Assembly (NCBI GenBank): GCA_038087875.1 | Contig: CM075990.1 | Coordinates: 9,054,001-9,118,000 of the forward strand | Length of the DNA: 64,000 nucleotides | Origin: Malacoraja senta | Taxonomy: Eukaryota | Reading direction: 5' to 3' | In this document: positions 1 through 11,790 of the stretch, one piece after another | Layout of the letters: each line of letters begins with the position of its first letter | Position numbering within the stretch: the stretch's first letter is position 1 | The notes under the pieces: generated by a model | What the model saw: the letters and a program-made list of their open reading frames with translations, nothing else | What the model was told of the DNA's origin: nothing | Database searches by the model: none | Position numbers and translations under genes: made by a program

Positions 1-224
1 CTTTCTTTGCTATTGAATGAAACCCAGAATTTGCAATTTTAATCAACAAGTGATTTACAGAACCCCTTCCACAAGTATATGACTACAGGATAATCTTCCT
101 TGATTGAAGATCTGTTTTGAATTTTGGGCAGCTGAAAATTGAACTGTTACTCTTCCTTTTCCCCTGATAGGTTAGCTAACAGATTACTATATAATTTGAA
201 TAACTGCCATTTTTGGTTCACAAG

Positions 225-720
225 ACATAGGAACAGAATTTGGCCATTTAGCCCATCAAGTCTGCTCTGCCATTTCATCGTAACTGCTCAATTTATCCTT
301 CTCAACCCCATTCTCCTGCCTTTTTCACGTAACCTTTGATGTCCATACTAATCATGAACCTATCAATCTTGGATTTAAAAATACCCAATGACTTGGCCAC
401 CACATCTGTTCATGGCAATGATTTCCACAAATTCCTCCTCATCTTCATTCTAAAATTACGTTATTTTATCCTGTGCCCTCTAGTCCTAAACTCTCCCACT
501 ACTGGAAACATCCTCTCCACATACACTCAATCGAGGCCTTTCAATATGCAGCAGGTTTCAATGAGATCGCCCCTCATCCTTCTAAACTCCAACGAGTACA
601 GGCCCAGATCCATCAAACGCTCCTCATACGTTAACACAATCATCCTGGGATCATTCCTCTGGAATCCCAGCACATCCTTCCTCAGATATGGGTTCCAAAT
701 TCAGGTTCAGATTCTGGCCT
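225..720 (-). mobile_element. CR1-clade LINE 3' fragment (decayed)
   Basis: Begins gacataggaacagaatttggccatttagcccatcaagtctgc, matching the CR1 3' ends at 15835 and 36680 and resembling the 3' end of the element at 8097. Confidence 0.8.
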
Positions 721-869
721 TGTATTTAATTTCACTTTAGCTTTTTAAGCTGTTCATGTGACTGTAACACAATAGTCCAAATGTAAAAATATTTACTTAT
801 TTACAAATTAATTTTGTAGTCTTGCACTTATTTTCCTTAGACTGTTTTCATAAGGCATTCCGCCCATTC

Positions 870-2300
870 TGGATATCAAGCCTGCTATATCTCTCAACTG
901 CTCCAACACATTTATATCCTTCCATAAATAAGGACATTGATATGATACACAATACTGGATGCAAACTCACCTATGCCCTTTACAACGGAAGCATTATCCA
1001 ACTACTTTGCATTTGATTCCCCTTGCAAAATAAAACATTGTTAGTTTTCCTAATCACTTGCTGTACCCACAAACTAGTCTTCTGAGTCACCCAGATCTCT
1101 CTGTGTATCAGAGCTCTGCAATCTCTTATTTATCTCTTCTACCAAATTGTTGTCCTCTCAATTAACCTGTCTCTGTTTCTTTCAACCTCATGTCCTCTTT
1201 GCAATTTACTCTTTTATCTATTTTTGTGTCAACAGCAAATGAGTCATTTATTGAAAGAGGTTGAGACTCCAGCAGTGATGTCCATTTTAAACCATTTGTT
1301 ACATCTTCCAACCTGAAGTGAGCCATTTATGACCACCCTCTGTCTTGTTAGGAAGCCAATATTTTATCCATGCCAATGTGGTATTTCTATACCATGAGCT
1401 TTTATTATATCTTTTAATAACCTTTAAATTCTTAATCACATGCCTCTAGGTATATTCAATGGTTACCCTTCATCCACAGCACATTACGCCTTCAAATCAC
1501 TTCAATAAATTGGTCAAACAAGGGTACTCATTCACAAAATGATGCTGCCTTCTCCTGCTTGTATTGTTCGTTGGGCCTTTATTCAGCCTCTACTTTCTTT
1601 CCAAATAACAGAGTTACATTCGCTATTTTCTAGTGTGCTGTAATCATACCCGGATTTTGAAAAAGTAAAACCCATCCATCAATCCTCTCACCAGCCATTT
1701 CCAGCAACCCTGGAATTTAGTGCACCAGTGCCTATGGATGTCAGCAATTTCCAAGGGGTGGGAGATTGCAACCTTCACGTGCAATTGTGCACGCCAGGTT
1801 GATTGCAACCCTGTTTCAACGAATGCAATCAACCTGGCGTGCACAATCAAGTAAGATCAAATAGAACAAGTTGTCCTACAACTTTAGGCTGTGCACGTCA
1901 TACGCAAGAAGAAGAAGAAGAAGCAATTTCCAATAATTTGCTTCGTGCTTCTTCCCTACTGATTACAATTTTCTCCCACCCCGTTTCCCATCGCTCCGTC
2001 TCTTCCAATTCTTCATTTATAGCAAATTTCTGAGATGTCACTCATGTTCCCTACAATTAGTAAAATTGCTAAATTTGCAGTTTAATTAATCTGCAATTTC
2101 CATATTTTCAGTATTAATATCCTGGCCACTGGGACAAATGCCTTTTGTTAACCTTATTTTCAGACATCAAATGAAACTCTTAGTAGTTGTTTGTATATTT
2201 TAGCTAGCTTTTTCTGGGTTTTTTCCTTGTTTGTCACTCTTATTAATATCATTACTTCGATTTAAAAAAAATTATTTTGTTCAATCTTCCAATCTACCAT
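870..2300 (-). mobile_element. Old, highly decayed CR1-like LINE ORF2 remnant; hosts the insertion at 1755-1921
   Basis: Patchy similarity to the antisense RT region of the 8197-11076 ORF, e.g. gccaatattttatccatgcc and ataaattggtcaaacaag. Boundaries are approximate. Confidence 0.5.
1755..1921 (+). mobile_element. Short (GAA)n-tailed retroposon (RTE-type LINE 3' end or RTE-dependent SINE) with a 12-bp TSD
   Basis: Flanked by the direct repeat agcaatttccaa at 1743-1754 and 1922-1933, and ends in caagaagaagaagaag. The RTE assignment is inferred from the short tandem-repeat tail. Confidence 0.75.
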
Positions 2301-2314
2301 TCTACTTTGTACAC

Positions 2315-2540
2315 AAACATAGAAACATAGAAAAACAGGTGCAGGAGTAGGCCATTCGGCCCTTCAAGCCAGCACCGCCATTCAATATGATCATGGCTGA
2401 CCATCTTAAATCAGTACCCCGTTCCTGCTTTTTCCCCATTTCCATGATTCCTTTAGCCCTAAGACCTAAATCTAACTCTCTCTTGAATACATCCAATGAA
2501 TTGGCCTCCACTGTGAATTCCACAGATTCACAACTCTCTG
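2315..2540 (-). mobile_element. CR1 LINE 3' end with (CATAGAAA)n tail
   Basis: aaacatagaaacatagaaaaacaggtgcaggagtaggccattcgg matches the 3' end at 8097-8200. The minus ORF encodes FKRELDLGLRAKGI. Confidence 0.9.
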
Positions 2541-3150
2541 GACACTTTTTCTTTTGGCTTGACACTATATATATTTTTTTATTTTTGAGCCTCCTATAAT
2601 GTATCCAGCTGATAGCTGAAGTAAAGAGTATAATTGTGTATGGAAACAAAATCATTCTCCACTCCTAATATAATCTTGAGAAAGGGACGAGGAAACAGAA
2701 AGGGTACCTGCTATCTTTCAGAATCAATACATAATCATAAATACTGAAAATTATATCCCCCTTCAACATTTACAAGTTTCTTTGTTATGGTATTTATGCT
2801 TCCTGGCAGGTCAACAGTTGGAAAATATATCATGTTTGGAAAGGAATTACCAAGTTTGAGAATGATCTGGACGGAGTCTATCTTATCCATGTATCCCCTC
2901 CATTAACGGACCATGGGGACTAGTTGGGAGTGTAAGGAGGGTTTCTTAAGAGTGACAGAGTACAGGACTTCAAGCAGAATTTCTGGAGCACCAGTGCTGA
3001 GCTGGAGCCAATAAACAGTAGGTGTTGATACTGATCAATGCAACCTCTACATCAAGCACGTGTCTATCACCATAAATTAGTGTCCTCTGAAAATCACTGC
3101 CCAGGTACAGTGATGCATTAACTATAGATAATATTACCTGTGCAGGTCAG

Positions 3151-4607
3151 TAAACAATAGGTGCAGGAGTAGGCCATTCGGCCCTTCGAGCCAGCACCGC
3201 CATTCAATGTGATCATATCTGAGAGATTCCTTTATTTGTCATTCAGACCTTTCGGTCTGAACGAAATTTCACCCACAATCAGTACCCCGTTCCTGCTTTC
3301 TCCCTATATCCCCTGACTCCGCTATCTTTAAGACCCCTATCTAGCTCTCTCTTGAAAGTATCCAGAGAATCGGCCTCCACCGCCCTCTGAAGCAGAGAAT
3401 TCCACAGACTCACAACTCTCTATGTGAAAAAGTGTTGCTTCATCTCCGTTCTAAATGGCTTACCCCTTATTCTGAAACAGTGCCCCCTGGTTCTGGACTC
3501 CCCCAACATCGGAAACATGTTTCCTGCCTCTAGCATGTCCAAACCCTTAATAATCATATGTCTCAATAAGATCTCCTCATCCTTCTAAATTCCAGAATGT
3601 ACAAGCCCAGCCGCTCCATTCTCAGCATATGACAGTCCCGCCATCCCGGGAATTAACCTTGTGAACCTACGCTGCACTCCTTCAATAGCAAGAATGTCCT
3701 TCCTCAAATTTGGAGACCAAACCTGCACACAATACTCCAGGTGTGGTCTCACTAGGGCCCTGTACAACTGCAGAAGGACCTATTTGCTCCTATACTCAAC
3801 TCCTCTTGTTATGAAGGCCAACATGCCATTTGCTTTCTTCACTGCCTGCTGTACCTGCATGTTTACTTTCATTGACTGATGAACAAGATCCTGTTGTGCT
3901 TCCCCTTTTCCCAACTTGACACCATTTAGATAATAATCTTCCTTCCTGTTTTTGCTACCAGTGGATAACCTCACATTTTTCCTCATTATACTGCATCTGC
4001 CATGCATATGCCCACTCACCCAACCTGTTCAAGTCACCTTGCATTCTCATAGCATCCTCCTCACAGTTCACACTGCCACCCAGCTTTGTGTCATCTGCAA
4101 ATTTGCTAATGTTACTTGTAATCCCTTCATCTAAATCTTTAATATATATTGTAAATAGCTGCGTTCCCAGCACCGAACCTTGCGATACCCCACTAGTCAC
4201 TGCCTGCCATTCTGAAAGGGACCCGTTAATCCCTACTCTTTGTTTCTTGTCTGCCAGCCACTTGTCTATCCATGTCAGCACTCTACCCCAATACCATGTG
4301 CCCTAATTTTGCCCACTAATCCCCTATGTGGGACCTTATCAAATGCTTTCTGAAAGTCCAGCTACACTACATTCACTGGCTCTCCCTTGTCCATTTTCCT
4401 AGTTACATCCTCAAAAAATTCCACAAGAGTAGTCAAGCATGATTTCCCATTCGTAAATCCATGCTGACTCGGACCGATCCTGTTACTGCTATCCAAATGT
4501 GCCGCTATTTCATCTTTTATGATTGACTCCAGCATTTTCCCCACCACCGATGTCAGGCTAACTGGTCTATAATTCTCTGTTTTCTCTCTCCCGCGTTTCT
4601 TAAAAAA
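3151..4607 (-). mobile_element. 5'-truncated CR1 LINE with frameshifted RT
   Basis: Minus ORFs encode [30 protein letters not shown] and QHGFTNGKSC, collinear with the ORF at 8197-11076. Confidence 0.95.
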
Positions 4608-6294
4608 TGTTAAACTACCTGAGATGAAGGATTAATTGGCAGAAATACATTGTATCAAGCACTGCTAATGGAGGGAGAATTCAATAGCCAAAATTATTGT
4701 TTTTTCCCACCAATGTATATAAAGCAGTCATTGTATATGTGTTAGCAAGTTCTGTAAGTGTTGTAAAATCATAACAACAGGAATGACTTCCACAAATATG
4801 GCTGCTGCACACAGTTTATTTCCTCTGAACCTCTTTCCTGGAAATCACCTCTATCCACTATCTGCCTCTTCACACAGTACATTTACAATGAGAATACGAC
4901 ACAAAGTGTAATCATGCACGAACTACACGTGATTTGAAAAAGTCGCGGGATATATGATTTCATAGTAAAATTCAATTGCATTGCCTCTGCTGATGCCCAA
5001 TCTTATGTCAATGCCTTAAGACTCCTCTAACTGTCACACTGAATATCTTTCCTTCATCAGTCCTATGTATTATTCTCCATGAAATATCTTGCCTCGCTGC
5101 CTACAGAAGGTTCCTAAAACTGACCACAGCCCATTAACTTGTAGCAATTTTTTTCTCCCTGGAAAATTGTGCTAAATGTAATTCTATGCAGGGATTTTCA
5201 ATCTCTGATGATTTGTGCTGACCCTAAACTAATGTTGAAACAAGTGTGAGTTACCCTGAAATCATGTGAAAATCTCATCCATGATGTCTGAAAACCGGTA
5301 TTAAACCAAGAAAGGTTTAAGTCTCAAAGCACATTGAGTACTTTATCTAGTAGCACAATGGTCAAAACCCAAAGGACATCTGATATAATATAATTGGCAG
5401 AAGCCTACGGGAGGAAAATAATTTACTCAGCAAGCTATACTGATTTGGAACACACTCTCTGAAAGGGCAATAGAACCAGATTTAATAGAAATACTCAAAA
5501 AGAAATAAAGAGGGAAGTGTGTAACATGGAGAGCTCTTTCAATGAGCTGTCCGAGTAATAATTAAAGACGCAATGGACCAAATAGTTTCCTTCTGTCCAT
5601 TTAATCCCTGATCAGATGGGTTATCTCTTTCAATGACCATTATTTGTGGTACACATGACAGTCATTTTCTGCCAGTTTCTGGAGAATTATTCATTGCCAT
5701 TTTTACACATCAGAATTAACAAGCATAACTTCAGGTTTGAAGAAACCCATTAAGGTATCTTGACGGAAATTAATTGATTGCCCTGATACACGCTGTCCTC
5801 AGAACAATGAGGAAGATGCTGCCGCAGACTGCTGTGGGAAGAGGGGGGGGATTAGAATTCTGGATGGCTTAGAAACTGCAAATCAAATTATGCGGTTTGT
5901 GTTAACATTTCCTACTGCAAATATTTTACATGATATCTCTCGTGTTGGAATTTAGAGACAGTTTCAATCTGTTAGCCAGTGGTCTCACTCATTTCACACT
6001 GTGATCAAAGAACTCTCATGCTGTAAGCATTCGTTCTGCTCAGCAGTGTGATTTATAATGCAAATATGTATGTGAAATATTGGCAAAGCTCACAGATGAT
6101 GGGAGGTTTGAAGAAATGTCCAATAATGTTATTCTTCTCTTCCAGATAAGTGAGCTGAAATGTTTACTTGGTGGTAAAACTCATGTTGTTTTGCTTGCGA
6201 TAACTGGAGTTTGGGATAGGGTAGTGGTCTAGGCAACACAGGTAGGCAGTTTCATGAAGATATTTGACATTGTACAAGATGTAGATATCCATTA

Positions 6295-6692
6295 TACATG
6301 GATAGGATAGATTTGGAGGGATATGGGCCTAACACGGGCAGGTGGGACTAGTGAATCTCTCTGTGTGAATCCAGAGATTCACAGAGAGTGGTGAATCTCT
6401 GGAATTCTCTGCCACAGAAGGTAGTTGAGGCCTGTTCATTGGCTATATTTAAGAGGGAGTTAGATGTGGCCCTTGTGGCTAAAGGGATCAGGGGATATGG
6501 AGAGAAGGCAGGTACAGGATACTGAGTTGGATGATCAGCCATGATCATATTGAATGGCGGTGCAGGCTCGAAGGGCCGAATGGCCTACTCCTGCACCTAT
6601 TTTCTATGTTTCTATGTAGCAGGAACATGTTGGCTGCTGTGGGCAAGTTGGGCGGAAGGGCCTGTTTCCATGCTGTATCAATCTATGACTCT
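6295..6692 (+). mobile_element. HER1-type LINE 3' tail interrupted by a young CR1 3' fragment (about 6351-6616)
   Basis: The host gggactagtg ... tagcaggaacatgttgg ... gggcctgtttccatgctgta is split by a near-exact reverse complement of 8097-8345 ending tttctatgtttctatg. Confidence 0.85.
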
Positions 6693-6694
6693 AT

Positions 6695-7213
6695 ACAAGT
6701 GAGACCAAACAGAGTATTGTGTGCAGTTCTGGTTGCCAAGATATAGGAAGGGTGTCAATAAGCAGAAAATGGTGCAGGGAAGGTTCACCAGGATGTTATA
6801 GGGAATGGAGGGCTGGAGTAATAAGGAGGGACTAGATAAGCGGGGCCTTTTTTCCTTAGTGCATAGGAGGCTGAGATGTAACCTTATAGAGGTACATAAA
6901 ATCCTGAGAGTCATAAATGAGATGAATAGTCACTGCCATTTTCTCAGGGTAGTGGAGTTTAAAACTTGAAGGCATAGCTTTAAAGAGAGAGCGTAAATAT
7001 TTAAAAGGAACCTGAGGGGTACCAGAGGGTAGATGGTATATAGAACAAGTATGTTACCAACAATGACATTTAAATAGGTACGTGGATAGGAATGGTTTAG
7101 AGAAATATGAGTCAAATGCAGGCAAATGGGATCAGCTCAGGTTTAGCAACTTTGGTCTTTATGGATGAGTTGGGACAAAGGGACTGTTTCCATGCTGTAT
7201 ATCGATGACTCTA
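6695..7213 (+). mobile_element. Older CR1/HER1-like LINE 3' fragment
   Basis: Contains gagtattgtgtgcagttctgg (EYCVQFW) and ends gggactgtttccatgctgtatatcgatgactct. Confidence 0.8.
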
Positions 7214-8096
7214 AATCTAGCTCAATATTGGGTAGTACCGCTCAGGTCAGCTGAGAAAGACAGATGAGGATCAAAATTGGTGATGATCAATTCAGGTGTA
7301 TCAGAAAAATAATTTCTGATTTATTGATGAGGGAAATGATTAGGTCCACATGAATTTGCAAATGAACAATAATTGATTTTAATTTGATCACAGTATGAAT
7401 GATGACTTTTTATTATGTTTGAGTCTTTATAAGAATAACATCCATAAAAGACAGCATCAAAATCCCATATAAACCAACCTGATCGTAATCTAGGTTTAAG
7501 ATCTTTATCTGCTGACCCTGTGGTTCCTAGATGAGGACTGCATGGAATTGGCTCAAATGAAATTATTTTGAGGTTTTTGTTCTACTTTTGCAGCAGCACA
7601 TTTTAGCTTGATTGTTTGAAGTTGCGCTTAAGTCAAAGAGATTGGCGAGAAAACTGCTTTCAGGTTGTTTGATTGTGATTTGTTGGCCTGACATCCACAA
7701 GATGATAGAATACTCCAGTGTTTATAATGAAAGAAAAACTTATCAATTCAGTTATGTGATCCTTTAGCTCAGATGAATATGTTGAACTATCTTCCAAACT
7801 TAATGCATGGTAATTCCACATGGTTCTATGCCTCACTTCTCCAAAGCATATCTCAGTGTTGACTTAAAAGTTAAATATGACCACTATGTTCAAAAATATC
7901 CATAACCATCACCATGGGAGAATCAACTTGTTTACACAAAATTCCAAAGATATTTCTCATACTTCAAATGTTGCGTTGTAAAGGTTACGCATTAAATTCT
8001 ACTCATCAATCTGAATTTCTATCACATATATAATGTAACAAATGTTCAAGTGATTAATGGAGGAAGACACGCAAAGGATCTAAGCTTGATGAGTTC

Positions 8097-11030
8097 ACAT
8101 AGAAACATAGAAACATAGATATTAGGTGCAGGAGTAGGCCATTCGGCCCTTCGAGCCTGCACCGCCATTCAATATGATCATGGCTGATCATCCAACTCAG
8201 TATCCCGTACCTGCCTTCTCTCCATACCCTCTGATCCCTTTAGCCACAAGGGCCACATCTAGCTCCCTCTTAAATATAGCCAATGAACTGGCCTCGACTA
8301 CCCTCTGTGGCAGAGAGTTCCAGAGATTCACCACTCTCTGTGTGAAAAAAGTTCTTCTCATCTCGGTTTTAAAGGATTTCCCCCTTATCCTTAAGCTGTG
8401 ACCCCTTGTCCTGGACTTCCCCAACATCGGGAGCAATCTTCCTGCATCTAGCCTGTCCAACCCCTTAAGAATTTTGTAAGTTTCTATAAGATCCCCTCTC
8501 AATCTCCTAAATTCTAGAGAGTATAAACCAAGTCTATCCAGTCTTTCTTCATAAGACAGTCCTGACATCCCAGGAATCAGTCTGGTGAACCTTCTCTGCA
8601 CTCCCTCTATGGCAATAATGTCCTTCCTCAGATTTGGAGACCAAAACTGTACGCAATACTCCAGGTGTGGTCTCACCAAGACCCTGTACAACTGCAGTAG
8701 AACCTCCCTGCTCCTATACTCAAATCCTTTTGCTATGAAAGCTAACATACCATTCGCTTTCTTCACTGCCTGCTGCACCTGCATGCCTACTTTCAATGAC
8801 TGGTGTACCATGACACCCAGGTCTCGCTGCATCTCCCCTTTTCCTAGTCGGCCACCATTTAGAAAATAGTCTGCTTTCCTGTTTTTGCCACCAAAATGGA
8901 TAACCTCACATTTATCCACATTATACTGCATCTGCCAAACATTTGCCCACTCACCCAGCCTATCCAAGTCACCTTGCAGTCTCCTAGCATCCTCCTCACA
9001 GCTAACACTGCCCCCCAGCTTAGTGTCATCCGCAAACTTCGAGATATTGCCTTCAATTCCCTCATCCAGGTCATTAATATATATTGTAAATAGCTGGGGT
9101 CCCAGCACTGAGCCTTGCGGTACCCCACTAGTCACTGCCTGCCATTGTGAAAAGGACCCGTTTACTCCTACTCTTTGCTTCCTGTTTGCCAGCCAGTTCT
9201 CTATCCACATCAATACTGAACCCCCAATGCCATGTGCTTTAAGTTTGTATACTAATCTCTTATATGGGACCTTGTCGAAAGCCTTCTGGAAGTCCAGATA
9301 CACCACATCCACTGGTTCTCCCCTATCCACGCTACTAGTTACATCCTCGAAAAATTCTATAAGATTCGTCAGACATGATTTACCTTTCGTAAATCCATGC
9401 TGACTTTGTCCAATGATTTCAACACTTTCCAAATGTGCTGCTATCCCATCTTTAATAACTGACTCTAGCAGTTTCCCCACTACCGATGTTAGACTAACTG
9501 GTCTGTAATTCCCCGTTTTCTCTCTCCCTCCCTTCTTAAAAAGTGGGGTTACGTTTGCTACCCGCCAATCCTCAGGAACTACTCCAGAATCTAAAGAATT
9601 TTGAAAGATTATTACTAATGCATCCACTATTTCTGGAGCTACTTCCTTAAGTACTCTGGGATGCAGCCTATCTGGCCCTGGGGATTTATCGGCCTTTAAT
9701 CCATTCAATTTACCCAAAACCACTTCCCGACTAACCTGGATTTCACTCAATTCCTCCAACTCCTTTGACCCGCGGTGCCCTGCTATTTCCGGCAGATTAT
9801 TTATGTCTTCCTTAGTGAAGACGGAACCAAAGTAGTTATTCAATTGGTCCGCCATATCCTTGTTCCCCATGATCAACTCACCTGTTTCTGACTGCAAGGG
9901 ACCTACATTTGTTTTAACTAATCTCTTTCTTTTTACATATTTATAAAAACTTTTGCAGTCAGTTTTTATGTTTCCTGCCAGTTTTCTTTCATAATCTATT
10001 TTTCCTTTCCTAATTAAGCCCTTTGTCCTCCTCTGCTGGTCTCTGAATTTCTCCCAGTCCTCTGGTATGCTGCTTTTTCTGGCTAATTTGTACGCATCAT
10101 CTTTCACTTTGATACCATCCCTGATTTCCCTTGTTATCCACGGATGCACTACCTTCCCTGATTTATTCTTTTGCCAAACTGGGATGAACAATTTTTGTAG
10201 TTCATCCATGCAGTCTTTAAATGTCTTCCATTGCATGTCCACCGTCAACCCTTTTAGAATTAATTGCCAGTCAATCATGGCCAATTCATGTCTCATACCC
10301 TCAAAGTTACCTTTCTTTAAGTTCAGAACCATAGTTTCTGAATTAACAATGTCACTCTCCATCCTAATGAAGAACTCAACCATATTATGGTCACTCTTGC
10401 CCAAGGGGGCACGTACAACAAGACTGCTAACTAACCCTTCCTCATTACTCAATACCCAGTCTAAAATAGCCTGCTCTCTCGTTGGTTCCTCCACATGTTG
10501 ATTTAGATAACTATCCCGCATACATTCCAAGAAATCCTCTTCCTCAGCACCCCTGCCAATTTGATTCACCCAATCTATATGTAGATTGAAGTCACCCATT
10601 ATAACTGTTTTGCCTTTGTCGCACGCATTTCTAATTTCCTGTTTGATACCATCTCCAACTTCCCTACTACTGTTAGGTGGCCTGTACACAACACCCACCA
10701 GCGTTTTCTGCCCCTTAGTGTTTCGCAGCTCTACCCATACCGATTCCACATCCTTGAACCTAATGTCCTTCCTTTCCATTGCGTTAATCTCCTCTCTAAT
10801 CATCAATGCTACCCCACCTCCTTTTCCTTTCTCTCTATCCCTCCTGAATATTGAATATCCCTGGATGTTCAGCTCCCAGCCTTGGTCACCCTGGAGCCAT
10901 GTCTCTGTGATCCCAACTATATCATAGTCATTAATAGCTATCTGCACATTCAACTCATCCACCTTATTACGAATGCTCCTTGCATTGAGACACAAAGCCT
11001 TCAGGCTTGTTTTTACAACACTCTTACCCC
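8097..11030 (-). mobile_element. Young CR1-clade LINE, 5'-truncated near the start of ORF2
   Basis: 3' tail (catagaaa)n at 8097-8119, a short 3' UTR, and a complete open ORF2. No ORF1 or 5' UTR is recognisable beyond about 11030-11080; the 5' boundary is approximate. Confidence 0.95.
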
Positions 11031-11076
11031 TCGCAAATTCTGATCTTTCACCAAGTGGAATAGATTTGAAAATCAA
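8197..11076 (-). CDS. CR1 LINE ORF2: APE-type endonuclease plus reverse transcriptase (959 open codons; the TTG start and first ~15 residues are probably flanking DNA)
   Basis: Endonuclease motifs LNARS, GITETW, VYRPP, GDFN, LDWVL and SDH; RT motifs YRPVSLTS, YLDFQKAFDKV, GVPQGSVLGP and KFADDTKL; CR1-type C-terminus RTRGHSLRI...VVNLWNSLP. Confidence 0.95.
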   Translation of the reverse strand: MIFKSIPLGERSEFARGKSVVKTSLKALCLNARSIRNKVDELNVQIAINDYDIVGITETWLQGDQGWELNIQGYSIFRRDREKGKGGGVALMIREEINAMERKDIRFKDVESVWVELRNTKGQKTLVGVVYRPPNSSREVGDGIKQEIRNACDKGKTVIMGDFNLHIDWVNQIGRGAEEEDFLECMRDSYLNQHVEEPTREQAILDWVLSNEEGLVSSLVVRAPLGKSDHNMVEFFIRMESDIVNSETMVLNLKKGNFEGMRHELAMIDWQLILKGLTVDMQWKTFKDCMDELQKLFIPVWQKNKSGKVVHPWITREIRDGIKVKDDAYKLARKSSIPEDWEKFRDQQRRTKGLIRKGKIDYERKLAGNIKTDCKSFYKYVKRKRLVKTNVGPLQSETGELIMGNKDMADQLNNYFGSVFTKEDINNLPEIAGHRGSKELEELSEIQVSREVVLGKLNGLKADKSPGPDRLHPRVLKEVAPEIVDALVIIFQNSLDSGVVPEDWRVANVTPLFKKGGREKTGNYRPVSLTSVVGKLLESVIKDGIAAHLESVEIIGQSQHGFTKGKSCLTNLIEFFEDVTSSVDRGEPVDVVYLDFQKAFDKVPYKRLVYKLKAHGIGGSVLMWIENWLANRKQRVGVNGSFSQWQAVTSGVPQGSVLGPQLFTIYINDLDEGIEGNISKFADDTKLGGSVSCEEDARRLQGDLDRLGEWANVWQMQYNVDKCEVIHFGGKNRKADYFLNGGRLGKGEMQRDLGVMVHQSLKVGMQVQQAVKKANGMLAFIAKGFEYRSREVLLQLYRVLVRPHLEYCVQFWSPNLRKDIIAIEGVQRRFTRLIPGMSGLSYEERLDRLGLYSLEFRRLRGDLIETYKILKGLDRLDAGRLLPMLGKSRTRGHSLRIRGKSFKTEMRRTFFTQRVVNLWNSLPQRVVEASSLAIFKRELDVALVAKGIRGYGEKAGTGY

Positions 11077-11482
11077 TGCATGATAACGTGATGGAGGGAA
11101 CAGCCCTAGTTGTATTTAAACAATGAAGACTTGTTGTACTGTAAGCTATAAGGTCTGGGAAGCAAGATTAGGTGATAACCGCTTTTTAGCCAGTAGGCAT
11201 ATGATGAACCCTAACCCCAACCTAAATTATCTCATTCAGTGGTGTATATTTCTATAATAAACAATTTTTTTCAGAAGGAAAGAAACTGACTTGACAATGA
11301 TACTACTCTTAACTTTAATTACCTAAATTAAACATTGGCACAAGCTATGACACTACGCACCCTTTTCAGGTCTCTAATGTTGGCTTAAATCTTGTTCCCC
11401 ATTCTCTTTGGAAATGTTTCTTCAATCACAGCTCTGAAACTGCATCTGAAGACACCTCCCCATCTGTTTCCCAAACCCTCAG

Positions 11483-11790
11483 AATCATAGAGTCTTACAG
11501 TGTGGAAACAGGCCCTTCGGCCCAACTTGCCCACACCAAGTCCCATCTACACTAGTCTCTCCTGCCTGCGTTTGGCCCATATCCCTCTGAACCTGTTCTA
11601 TCCATGTACCTGTCTAAACATTTCTTAAATGTTGCAATAGTGCCTGGCGCAACTACCTCCTCCAGCAGCTCATTCCATACAACCACCACTTCTGGTGTGT
11701 GAATAAGTTACCCCTCAGGTTCCTATTAAATCTTTCCCCCCTCACCTTAAACATATGTCCTCTGGTTCTTGATTCCCCTACTCTGATTCA
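11483..11790 (-). mobile_element. HER1-type CR1 LINE 3' fragment
   Basis: agagtcttacagtgtggaaacaggcccttcggcccaacttgccc, the same tail as 38107 and the reverse complement of 6640-6690. Confidence 0.85.

Noticed and set aside
8174..10927. Several plus-strand ORFs of 65-172 aa
   Set aside because: They are antisense shadows of the CR1 ORF2, with no independent evidence of coding.
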